Below, piece by piece: positions 8,972 to 16,836 of a DNA stretch of 28,198 bases. The notes under the pieces were generated by a model. That model searched no databases. It worked only from the letters and a program-made list of their open reading frames with translations, and was not told the DNA's origin. The stretch's first letter is position 1. Every line of letters starts with the position of its first letter. Location of the stretch: NCBI GenBank assembly GCA_964389655.1, contig CAYMED010000022.1, positions 1 through 28,198 on the forward strand. Direction: 5' to 3'. The position numbers and the translations under genes were made by a program. The stretch comes from an uncultured Candidatus Poseidoniales archaeon. Its GTDB lineage: Archaea > Thermoplasmatota > Poseidoniia > Poseidoniales > CAYMED01.

Positions 8972-9580
8972 TTATAATTGTTGAATGGATTTGCAATGCT
9001 CGACGAAGTTTCTCATTATTTCTGATCCAAATTCAGAATCATTCACTTCTGGGTGAAATTGAACTCCGAAGCGCATACCATCTGATTTTTCCATGCCTTG
9101 GACGTGACAAGTTTCTGAAGTTGCAGTGATAACAAAATCATCTGGGACAACTGTAACTTCATCGTTGTGGGATTCCCAAACGATTTGTTCATTCGGCGTA
9201 CCACTAAATAAGATCCCACCGCCATTAATTAGGCTGATTTTCATTGCCCCAAACTCTGGATCTTGGGCTTCTTCTGCCTCCCCACCATAATGGCGAGCCA
9301 TGAATTGGTGGCCAGCACAGATTCCAAGAATTGGGATATTAAGAGAGAAATATTCAGTACAGTTTCCAAGTTCACCAGCAAGTCCAACGCGGGCAGCACC
9401 GCCTGAGAGAAGGAGACCATCAAGTGGCCGTAAATCATCAATTTGAGTATTATTTGGATGAATCTGCGTGTTTACTCCAAGATATCTAAGCATCCTCCAT
9501 TCCCTATGGGTCCATTGTCCCCCATTATCAATTACATCGATGCATAGAGGTTCAACGCCCAGTGGCTCACCCCTGATCAT
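8972..9580 (-). CDS. guaAA: GMP synthase (glutamine-hydrolysing) subunit A, class I glutamine amidotransferase
   Basis: IDNGGQWTH, LSGG, PILGICAGHQ (catalytic Cys), WESHNDEV, GVQFHPEV (His-Glu). The start is uncertain (ATG 9586 or 9580, or CTG 9562). The track start at 9808 is an off-frame reading of the upstream gene's repeat. Confidence 0.92.
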   Translation of the reverse strand: MIRGEPLGVEPLCIDVIDNGGQWTHREWRMLRYLGVNTQIHPNNTQIDDLRPLDGLLLSGGAARVGLAGELGNCTEYFSLNIPILGICAGHQFMARHYGGEAEEAQDPEFGAMKISLINGGGILFSGTPNEQIVWESHNDEVTVVPDDFVITATSETCHVQGMEKSDGMRFGVQFHPEVNDSEFGSEIMRNFVEHCKSIQQL

Positions 9581-10931
9581 ATTCATTCCGACGAGATGGG
9601 ACAGGTGGTCGCCCACCTGGGCCGGGTCCGGGTCCAGGTCCTCCAGGTCCTCCAGGTCCTCCAGGTCCTCCAGGTCCTCCTGGTCCTCTAGGCCCCCCTG
9701 GTCCTGGTCCTCTCGGTCCTGGTCCTCCAGGTCCTCCTTGTGGATAATTTGGATATTCTTCATCATCCCATTCATCCTCCCCCCATTCATCCTCCATCGA
9801 AAAGCCACCCGTTACTTGGTGATGGAGATAAGATATTTTCATGCTGTGTTCAAATCGTCCGACATGACTCCATGCCTCGACAAGAGTCGATCCAACTGCT
9901 ATTACGCCGTGTCCGCGTATTGCAACTAAACGCATATTTGATAATTCAAGAGCTTCTTTCAATTGCCGCATAAACTCATCCATGTCATCGTATGAGGGGT
10001 CAATAATTGCAACTTTAGGATAATCTCTTTTTCCAACAAAATCAACGGGTTCCAAGATATAGAGGCCTTCTGTAAGGGATGCTGCATCCGTGTATGGGGG
10101 ATAAACATGAATTGATGCTGCTGAGCCTTGAAATTCTAGGGATGAAAGAGCAAGTGCCACTTGATGAAGTTTCCAATCATCTGATGCGCCCTCTGGAATT
10201 GTGCCTCCAAGACGCCCATTTACAATGTCTTGGTCTGTAAGGCTAGACAGGGCACGGCCTTCTCTATTTGCGTGCATAACGCCTGGTTCCTCGGGATTCA
10301 ACATCGCAAGGCTTCCAACACCTGCATGCACCAACCCTTCCATATGCAACTGTCTCGCTAACCAAATAAAATGAGCAACGATATCCTTTGACAGAATAAA
10401 CCCATCCCCAACAAGAGGAGGGACGTCGGGGTGCGTTAATTCAGAAATCTGGGCAGATGATTCTACAAGTCCTTGGCGAAGAGATTCATTTTCTTTCTTA
10501 AGGCGACTGAGTTCAGATTCAGCTTCATTTAGGGGCGGTGATTGTAATGGAATCGGTTTGAGAATTCCAATGGGAGGATTCTGATCAACAAGTTGCTGAT
10601 GAGGAAGGGGTGTGGGGGCTATGGGCCCTGGATCGTTCATTGGGATTATTGGGGGGCCGGAAGGAGGTCCAGAGGGGGGAGTCGGATCAGAAGAGGGTTC
10701 TAATTCGGAAGAAGAGGCAGAGTTCCCATTGGATTCAACTGGCGGGATGGAAGATGGAGGATCCATGAATGCTTGCTGCATCATGTCATCTGTGGTCGTG
10801 ACTGGGTTCGCCACGGGTGGACCAGATGGTGGACCAGATGGTGGACCTTTAGGAGGGCCTGATGGGCCATTGTCGTCCTTAAAATCCTCAGTATCTTCAC
10901 CATCAATCTCGCCCTTCCCCTTCCGAGCCAT
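9567..10931 (-). CDS. Class II aldolase/adducin-domain protein with Pro-rich N-terminus, coiled coil, acidic Trp motif and Gly/Pro-repeat C-terminal tail
   Basis: ATG 10931 (MARKGKG...) is preceded by GAGGGGT. The core GLVHAGVGSL...ASDDWKLH...IHVYP...IRGHGVIAVGSTLVEAW...E matches the FucA/MtnB/adducin fold. The track start at 11021 overlaps tRNA-Asp. Confidence 0.82.
   Translation of the reverse strand: MARKGKGEIDGEDTEDFKDDNGPSGPPKGPPSGPPSGPPVANPVTTTDDMMQQAFMDPPSSIPPVESNGNSASSSELEPSSDPTPPSGPPSGPPIIPMNDPGPIAPTPLPHQQLVDQNPPIGILKPIPLQSPPLNEAESELSRLKKENESLRQGLVESSAQISELTHPDVPPLVGDGFILSKDIVAHFIWLARQLHMEGLVHAGVGSLAMLNPEEPGVMHANREGRALSSLTDQDIVNGRLGGTIPEGASDDWKLHQVALALSSLEFQGSAASIHVYPPYTDAASLTEGLYILEPVDFVGKRDYPKVAIIDPSYDDMDEFMRQLKEALELSNMRLVAIRGHGVIAVGSTLVEAWSHVGRFEHSMKISYLHHQVTGGFSMEDEWGEDEWDDEEYPNYPQGGPGGPGPRGPGPGGPRGPGGPGGPGGPGGPGGPGPGPGPGGRPPVPSRRNEYDQG
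9634..9687. repeat. 9-bp coding tandem repeat (CCAGGTCCT)x5 plus one variant, encoding GGP repeats on the minus strand
   Basis: Perfect units at 9634, 9643, 9652, 9661 and 9670, then CCTGGTCCT at 9679; degenerate units continue to ~9738. Confidence 0.93.
10816..10847. repeat. 12-bp coding tandem repeat GGTGGACCAGAT x2.7, encoding SGPP repeats on the minus strand
   Basis: Units at 10816 and 10828, and a partial unit at 10840. Confidence 0.85.
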
Positions 10932-10965
10932 GAGGATCCCTACCCCTCTCAAAAGGTGGTTCCGA

Positions 10966-10972
10966 TTAAATA
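10966..10972 (+). promoter_or_regulatory. Probable archaeal TATA box (TTAAATA) for tRNA-Asp, possibly shared with the divergent gene
   Basis: Lies 24-30 nt upstream of the tRNA 5' end (10996); reads TATTTAA on the minus strand, ~35 nt upstream of ATG 10931. Confidence 0.55.
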
Positions 10973-10995
10973 GAGGTGGTCGATCGACCCGATAA

Positions 10996-11068
10996 GCCCG
11001 CGTGGTGTAGTGGCCTATCATGCAGCCCTGTCGAGGCTGCGACCCGGGTTCAAATCCCGGCGCGGGCG
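10996..11068 (+). tRNA. tRNA-Asp (anticodon GTC)
   Basis: GCCCGCG...CGCGGGC-G acceptor stem, anticodon arm CAGCC-CT-GTC-GA-GGCTG, T-loop GGTTCAAATCC; followed by CC and TTTT. Confidence 0.96.
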
Positions 11069-11106
11069 CCTTTTGAGCAAAATTTCACTAGATGAGATCG
11101 TATGTA

Positions 11107-12255
11107 TTATCCGAAATGAAGGAGGATGCGCGCAATTGTATCGGAGGGGTTGTATGCGCGAGCCGGAGAAACCACCACTTCAACTGGGTGATTGATCATG
11201 TTTTTCAGTTCCATTTCAAAGGTGGAAACCTCTGTGTACCCCATACGAGACCAGCCGATTAGAATAGATTCTCGTTTTGAAAGGATTGGCAGAATTGAGG
11301 AAATTGCCAAAGCGCCATTTTGGGGAAGATTTACTGAAACTAAGTCGGCCTTTCCAACCCAATCTGAAAATGAATGAACATCAAATGAATCGTTGCATCG
11401 AAGATCAATATTCAATTCAATACTGGTTTCTTTCGTTGGCCTCAAAACATTGCTTTGAGCTAGTTTGATTGCCGATGAATTGAGGTCAATTCCGAGAATT
11501 GATTCACACAACCCCGGTTCTTTCGCTACTAATGAAAGAAAGGGGCCGACCCCACAAAAAGGGTCTGCAATGCGTAAAGGACGTTGCAGTTTTTGGCGGA
11601 GGTCGCGGGCAATTTTAAGAGAAAATTGACGTTCATTGGCCAAGCGTGGAGAATAATATGCTGCTACTGGATCCACCCATAAAAGCATTCCAGATTCTTT
11701 AACTTTAGTCAATGTTGGGGGGGGTGTGCTAAAGGGCCGAGGTTGTATGCTCCCTGTTTGAAGACGGACGGCTAAAGGTTGAAGAGATCGCCTTCGAAAG
11801 CTGCCTTGAACCCCATTATCATGAAGGGCTAAACGCAAATTTGGATTTGCTTTGAGAAAAGATGTGCCAATAAGTGAATCATGCGGTTCCAACTGAGAAG
11901 GAATTTTGATTATGATGAGGTCACCAATAATATCATGTGAACGGGGAAACATGTTAATTTGCTCATCAGTTAAGGTGCCAGCAACGGCCAGTCTAAAGTG
12001 GTCAAAAGGTGTTAATTTCCGCCCATGATATTCTAAATCCAGTTCTTTTATTGTACAATTAGATAAAACTGCTTTAGACACGCCTGGGGGTTTCATGCTC
12101 TCTATTTCAAATGGGGCGCTTTCACCCAATGGGATGCATCTTTGCGTACCAATTGACTGAATTTTAGCGCCATCATAGTACCAACCATTTGAGGACAAAA
12201 AACGAAGAAATGTTTCAGTCTGGGCGGCGCATACGACAAGATGGCGCACGCGCAT
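11107..12255 (-). CDS. Trm5/TYW2 (Met-10+) family tRNA position-37 SAM-dependent transferase
   Basis: DIIGDLIII, KESG, YYSPRLANER, SAM motif DPFCGVGPF, IDLN, VNLP. Confidence 0.85.
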   Translation of the reverse strand: MRVRHLVVCAAQTETFLRFLSSNGWYYDGAKIQSIGTQRCIPLGESAPFEIESMKPPGVSKAVLSNCTIKELDLEYHGRKLTPFDHFRLAVAGTLTDEQINMFPRSHDIIGDLIIIKIPSQLEPHDSLIGTSFLKANPNLRLALHDNGVQGSFRRRSLQPLAVRLQTGSIQPRPFSTPPPTLTKVKESGMLLWVDPVAAYYSPRLANERQFSLKIARDLRQKLQRPLRIADPFCGVGPFLSLVAKEPGLCESILGIDLNSSAIKLAQSNVLRPTKETSIELNIDLRCNDSFDVHSFSDWVGKADLVSVNLPQNGALAISSILPILSKRESILIGWSRMGYTEVSTFEMELKNMINHPVEVVVSPARAYNPSDTIARILLHFG

Positions 12256-12281
12256 GTTGAAAGCGAGAATGGGCGAGCGCC

Positions 12282-13127
12282 ATGATGATGACTACTGGGC
12301 AATTGTGGTTAATTGGAATTGGCCCCGGCCCAATAGAGAGCATGACTTCTGCAGCAATTAAGGCAGCAAAAAAGGCAGATCGAAGAATGTTGGAAGGTTA
12401 TACCTCAATTGGTTTACATGGGGGGATCAGTGAATTAGAAAATGAAGTCGGGCCGGTTGAAATCATACGAAGACCTGCGATTGAACAACCCAATCAAATT
12501 CTAGAACTGGCTGAAAATGAAAAAATAGCAATTCTTGTCCACGGAGATCCGTTTGTCTCCACAACACATTCTGATTTAATCCTTAGAGCAAAGGAAAAGG
12601 GCATTCATACAGTTATAATTCATGGAATTAGCGTATTAGATCTAATTGGGAAAGTCGGTTTACAAAGCAGTAAATTTGGACGCCAAATTACATTGCCCTA
12701 CCCATATGGAGAACACCTACCAACATCACCTTTTGAGATGTTAGCGCTCAATTATTGGCTCGGTCAGCATACATTGGTTCTTTTGGATTTAGACCCAACT
12801 GGGATTGGAATTACTGACCCGATGCCCATGACTCCAAAAACGGCTGTTGAAGTATTAAGGAGTATGGAAAAGAAAATCCAGATTCCCGATGGTGATTCAA
12901 CTATAAATGAAGCTAAATCCGAAGCCTTACGGATCATTGTCAAAGAAGGAATTGAAAATGTGCGTGGAGTGATATGTTGTGATTTGGGGTCAAATTCTGA
13001 GCGAATATATCAGGGTAAAATAAGGGATTTTGAATTTGTCACACCGGGTAAAATACACTGTATAATTGTTCCATCTAACCTTCATCAAATTGAAAAAGAA
13101 GCGCTCTCAAATTGGTCTACCCCATGA
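12282..13127 (+). CDS. dph5: Diphthine synthase
   Basis: LWLIGIG, LEGYTS, GDPFVSTTHSDL, IHGIS, GLQSSKFGRQITLP, GQHTLVLLDL, LHQIEKEAL. Confidence 0.93.
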   Translation: MMMTTGQLWLIGIGPGPIESMTSAAIKAAKKADRRMLEGYTSIGLHGGISELENEVGPVEIIRRPAIEQPNQILELAENEKIAILVHGDPFVSTTHSDLILRAKEKGIHTVIIHGISVLDLIGKVGLQSSKFGRQITLPYPYGEHLPTSPFEMLALNYWLGQHTLVLLDLDPTGIGITDPMPMTPKTAVEVLRSMEKKIQIPDGDSTINEAKSEALRIIVKEGIENVRGVICCDLGSNSERIYQGKIRDFEFVTPGKIHCIIVPSNLHQIEKEALSNWSTP

Positions 13128-13190
13128 AAATATGAAATTTATTGCGATGACATGAAGCGAGGAGGGGGATTCGCGTCGTTTGGCGTCATC

Positions 13191-14867
13191 ATGGCTGGAC
13201 CTGCCAAAGTGGAATTCCCCGGGGATAAAAACCGCCAACAACAGTTGCGGGTGCGCAATGTTAAGCGCGCTTCAAGGGCCGTCCAAAAAAGAATTTCAAA
13301 AAGCCTTGAGGCTTTGATGAAGCATCCAAGAGATTCGATGCCTGATTTAGATGGAAATATTCCAAAGCGGCACGCAATTCGAAAATCGATAGGTAAAATA
13401 GACACAATACTGCAGCACCGTCAAGATCGTGCTTGGTTACAAAAAAGAATTTCCTCTAGAAAGTTCAAAGGAATTGAGAAGGCGTGGATTGGATCATTGG
13501 TGGCTGCACATGAAAATGATTTCAATACTGTAATGACCTTTTCACTCCCATTATACGGTTCTGCATCATATATTCGAAGAGGAGATGGACAGCCTGCAAA
13601 ACTTGTTGGGATACAACATCATGGAAACCCCATACTTCGCTTACTAGCATGGGAAGACTTTGCGAAGAAAGGACAATGGTTCTTTAGTTGGGATAAGGGG
13701 TTTACATGCACTGGAAGTTTACCCAATCCCCCTAATGAGTGGGTGTGGTCAATTGTGAAGTCTTCCCAAATAAATTTTGAATATGGTGATAATGAAAGTT
13801 TGTCTACAACCAAAGAGGGAGAAATAGAATTGTCGATAGGGGATGTAGATGTACGGCTAGGATTTAATGATCTAAGAGAGGGGGAAGGAGCGTTTGTACG
13901 ACACTTGGCTCAGCACATGATGCCCCCCATGCCAGGGAAATGTATCTCTGCAAAAATAGAATGGAAGCCAATAGGGTGGCCAACCGACCAAGATCTTCCC
14001 TTGATCGCACAGGAACGACTAGAAGGAGTTATTGAAAAATGGCTCAATTTAGAAATCGATGAAGGCGATGTTGAGGAATTAGCAAAAAATGCAGTGCTGA
14101 GTTTTATCGACCATGGATACTTGGTGGGAAAAAGGTGGTTCGATGATACAAATATCGACGGCGTGCTAAATGAATTAACTGGGAGTAATGGGGAAAGAGA
14201 TCTAGCCAATGCTGTTTTACAGGATATTGGGAAAGGAATACACGTTGTTGCAGCAAAAACAATGAATTTTATTGAACATGATGTGGTCCGAATTGAGGTT
14301 AAAACACTCAACGATTTACTTTCTGCTTTGTGGGATCAATGTAATTCATCAGTTCTTTCAGATGCATTTGGGATGGAAAGTGAACTCGCCGAGGGGGTGC
14401 ATGCTGCACAAGTGCAACGTGGAGAATCATTTGGGGCATTTCTTAGAAGAATCGAGGGAGTCATTACTAGTCACAACCTTGCTAAGCGGTTTCCAATTGA
14501 TCTAGAAAAATTAGCAGAACCAGTACGGGTCATCCATAGTTTAGCTTTGGATTCAATTGAAAGGGGAATCGGGCCGACAGTTAGTGCTGCGCGAAAGGTG
14601 AAAGGAGGGGTTCGTATTCGTGCCGCTGCATGGGCATGGCTCGTTGCTATTGAAAGGGAAAATGGGCAAGAATGGACTTTTGAGTCCGATGCAAGAGATC
14701 TAGGACAGGGATGGGCACAAATTGTTTCAAAACTTCGCGAAGCAAGTGAAGACCTCGCAAATGCAACTCAAGATGAAATCGAGAAGATGAAGAAAGATCA
14801 TTTGAAACTCCTAGAACACGTTACCAAAGCAACTGATTCAAAATGGTTGGACCCAACATTCAAATGA
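13191..14867 (+). CDS. Hypothetical soluble protein with a basic N-terminus
   Basis: Long ORF (558 aa from ATG 13191; 571 aa from ATG 13152), co-directional with dph5; no named family recognised. Confidence 0.8.
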   Translation: MAGPAKVEFPGDKNRQQQLRVRNVKRASRAVQKRISKSLEALMKHPRDSMPDLDGNIPKRHAIRKSIGKIDTILQHRQDRAWLQKRISSRKFKGIEKAWIGSLVAAHENDFNTVMTFSLPLYGSASYIRRGDGQPAKLVGIQHHGNPILRLLAWEDFAKKGQWFFSWDKGFTCTGSLPNPPNEWVWSIVKSSQINFEYGDNESLSTTKEGEIELSIGDVDVRLGFNDLREGEGAFVRHLAQHMMPPMPGKCISAKIEWKPIGWPTDQDLPLIAQERLEGVIEKWLNLEIDEGDVEELAKNAVLSFIDHGYLVGKRWFDDTNIDGVLNELTGSNGERDLANAVLQDIGKGIHVVAAKTMNFIEHDVVRIEVKTLNDLLSALWDQCNSSVLSDAFGMESELAEGVHAAQVQRGESFGAFLRRIEGVITSHNLAKRFPIDLEKLAEPVRVIHSLALDSIERGIGPTVSAARKVKGGVRIRAAAWAWLVAIERENGQEWTFESDARDLGQGWAQIVSKLREASEDLANATQDEIEKMKKDHLKLLEHVTKATDSKWLDPTFK

Positions 14868-14873
14868 GAAAAA

Positions 14874-15419
14874 TCATTTTCTTTGGGCGGAAAGTGGTCT
14901 AAATACATCACATATTGAGGGATCAACTTCCATATATGGGCCTTCCAATAAATCCACGCAATATGGAACAGCTCGAAAAATCGTATCGATTGTTTCTCGA
15001 ATTGATTTCGGGCGGCCTGGTAAATTAAAAATCAGCGAGTTATTTCTAACTCCACCAAGTTGACGGGACAAAATAGCGGTTGGCACATATTCTAGAGAAA
15101 TTGCTCGCATCTGTTCACCAAACCCTGGGAGAACACGGTCGCATATTTTTTCTGTTGCATCAGGAGTAACATCGCGGTGGGCTGGGCCAGTTCCACCAGT
15201 TGTAATCACGACATCGCACCTTTTTTCATCAATCAATTCGATTAATGTCGCTTCAATGATTGATTGGTCATCAGGGACAATCCGATAAATGGCTTTCCAA
15301 GGTGAAAGGATTGCTTCGCGAAAAAAAGAAAGAATGGCGGGCCCTCCTTCGTCTTGATATATGCCATCGCTGGCGCGATCAGATGTGGTAATAATCCCGA
15401 ATATTGTTTCATCACCCAT
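14874..15419 (-). CDS. mog: Molybdopterin adenylyltransferase (MogA)
   Basis: SDRAS.G.YQD, TTGGTGPAHRDVTPDAT, PGFGEQMR.ISL.YVPTAILSRQ, NLPGRPKSI. ATG 15419 is preferred over TTG 15449. Confidence 0.93.
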   Translation of the reverse strand: MGDETIFGIITTSDRASDGIYQDEGGPAILSFFREAILSPWKAIYRIVPDDQSIIEATLIELIDEKRCDVVITTGGTGPAHRDVTPDATEKICDRVLPGFGEQMRAISLEYVPTAILSRQLGGVRNNSLIFNLPGRPKSIRETIDTIFRAVPYCVDLLEGPYMEVDPSICDVFRPLSAQRK

Positions 15420-15451
15420 ACTTGAATCTGAGCCACCCACCAACTGCAAAT

Positions 15452-15805
15452 TTATTCCACCCGAGATTCTTCTTCAACCCACTTCGCATATTTGCTAGAT
15501 GATTGTACATCATAAACGAGGATCTCAGGAACATCATAAGGATGGTTTATTTCAATCCATTTGATCACTTTTAATTGATTACCTGTTGTGGTTTTAAGGC
15601 GGATTAAATGTTCCTTTTCTGATTGAAGCGTGCCCTTCCAAGTATATTTACTCTGTATTCGAACCCTTTGGACACATGCTGAAATACCTAGAATTTCTTC
15701 TTCCCATTTACTTATCTCATCCTCAGACCAAGAGTAGGGTAGAGTCGTCTCGATTATGACAACCGGAGAAAGGGGGTTCATTCCTTCCATTTCCGATACC
15801 TCCAA
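15452..15805 (-). CDS. cutA: Divalent-cation tolerance protein CutA
   Basis: ACVQ, S.YTWKG...E.E...LKT, HPYDVPEI, Y..WV. Confidence 0.9.
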   Translation of the reverse strand: MEVSEMEGMNPLSPVVIIETTLPYSWSEDEISKWEEEILGISACVQRVRIQSKYTWKGTLQSEKEHLIRLKTTTGNQLKVIKWIEINHPYDVPEILVYDVQSSSKYAKWVEEESRVE

Positions 15806-15829
15806 ATGTCTCCAACAACATCACCCATA

Positions 15830-16798
15830 TTATTCCTGTTCAATCAACTCTGTTTTCTGCTTGTTTATGTGCGAATACTCTGCAAGTAAATTTCCAGCCA
15901 ATAAACAAGCAGCTCCAAAAATAAGCCATAGCAATTGACTCTCATTTTCCATGCCAAGCACAAGACTGGCAATTGCAGCCCACACTGGCTCAAGAGCATA
16001 AAGAATTGCTGCTCGAGTGGGGGAAAGGTGGCGTTGGAATATATTGAGCAAGACCAGGGCTACAAGAGAACCAAAAATACCACATGCCATCAGTGGAAAG
16101 AGAAAATCGGGATTGATTAGTAATGAAAAAAGTGGAGAAAGACCTTGACCTTCATGGATTGAAAGTGGGATGAGGAGAATTAGGGATAGAAGTGTTACTG
16201 TAAGTAGCATGATGCCAGTTAAAGCGATGCCATCTTTCCCCTTAGTTAACTGATCTGTTGCAATAATATGTACCCCAAATAGAAACGCTCCCGCAATTGT
16301 AACCATTTCCGCCCAACCAAGAGAAACATGGGGGGGGCCCTGTATCCAACCAGCACCAATCGTTGCTAGTATTGCTCCTAAAATCAATAGGGGGGTAAGT
16401 CGGTTTTGTCCTTGAAATACACCTATTATCACAGTAAACAAAACGTAAAGGCTTGTGAGAAATGCTGAAACTGCAGGTGTAACCTGCGGGGTTGCAAGCC
16501 CAATCATCTGAAACAAAAATCCACCAAAAATAATAACGCCCAATATTGATCCTGAACTCAAGGACCCATGATCCGCGAACGCGGATCTTGCTTTGGAAGA
16601 TGTCAAAATCAGTAGTACGCCTCCAATCGCAAACCTAAACGTGACAAATATCACTACAATTAGTAATGGAGAAAGGGTGGAATCATGCATTTGAGCGGCT
16701 GAAACCGCAGAATCCATCCATACAAATGTGAGTCCCCAGATGACCGTGACAAAAAACAAAGACAGGGTGGCCCGCCACCGAATTATTTTGGCACTCAC
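15830..16798 (-). CDS. EamA/DMT family transporter
   Basis: About 10 TM helices; IWGLTF, FRF, FQ..GL, SAFLTSLYVLF, AAILYALEPVWAA. Confidence 0.9.
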   Translation of the reverse strand: MSAKIIRWRATLSLFFVTVIWGLTFVWMDSAVSAAQMHDSTLSPLLIVVIFVTFRFAIGGVLLILTSSKARSAFADHGSLSSGSILGVIIFGGFLFQMIGLATPQVTPAVSAFLTSLYVLFTVIIGVFQGQNRLTPLLILGAILATIGAGWIQGPPHVSLGWAEMVTIAGAFLFGVHIIATDQLTKGKDGIALTGIMLLTVTLLSLILLIPLSIHEGQGLSPLFSLLINPDFLFPLMACGIFGSLVALVLLNIFQRHLSPTRAAILYALEPVWAAIASLVLGMENESQLLWLIFGAACLLAGNLLAEYSHINKQKTELIEQE

Positions 16799-16836
16799 AT
16801 AAGGCCGTTGGTGGTCGCGTTGATCAACAACGGGGC

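Noticed and set aside
9634-9740. Possible CRISPR array
   Set aside because: 9-bp contiguous units with no unique spacers, lying in frame within a CDS; no cas genes.
9753-9797. Claim of true WASP/Arp2/3 homology for the acidic-Trp motif
   Set aside because: Too short and low in complexity to show homology, with no WH2 or actin genes in view; kept only as an analogy.
9581-9808. N-terminal extension of GMP synthase A with EDL repeats (track ORF 8972..9808)
   Set aside because: An off-frame reading of the 9-bp repeat inside the upstream gene; GATase homology begins only near IDVIDNGGQ.
9468-9929. Ser/Arg-rich (SSR repeat) plus-strand ORF resembling an SR protein
   Set aside because: Antisense shadow of the GGP repeat and guaAA; no independent support.
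10932-11021. Longer start for the aldolase-like gene at 11021
   Set aside because: Overlaps tRNA-Asp and its TATA box; ATG 10931 has an RBS-like motif.
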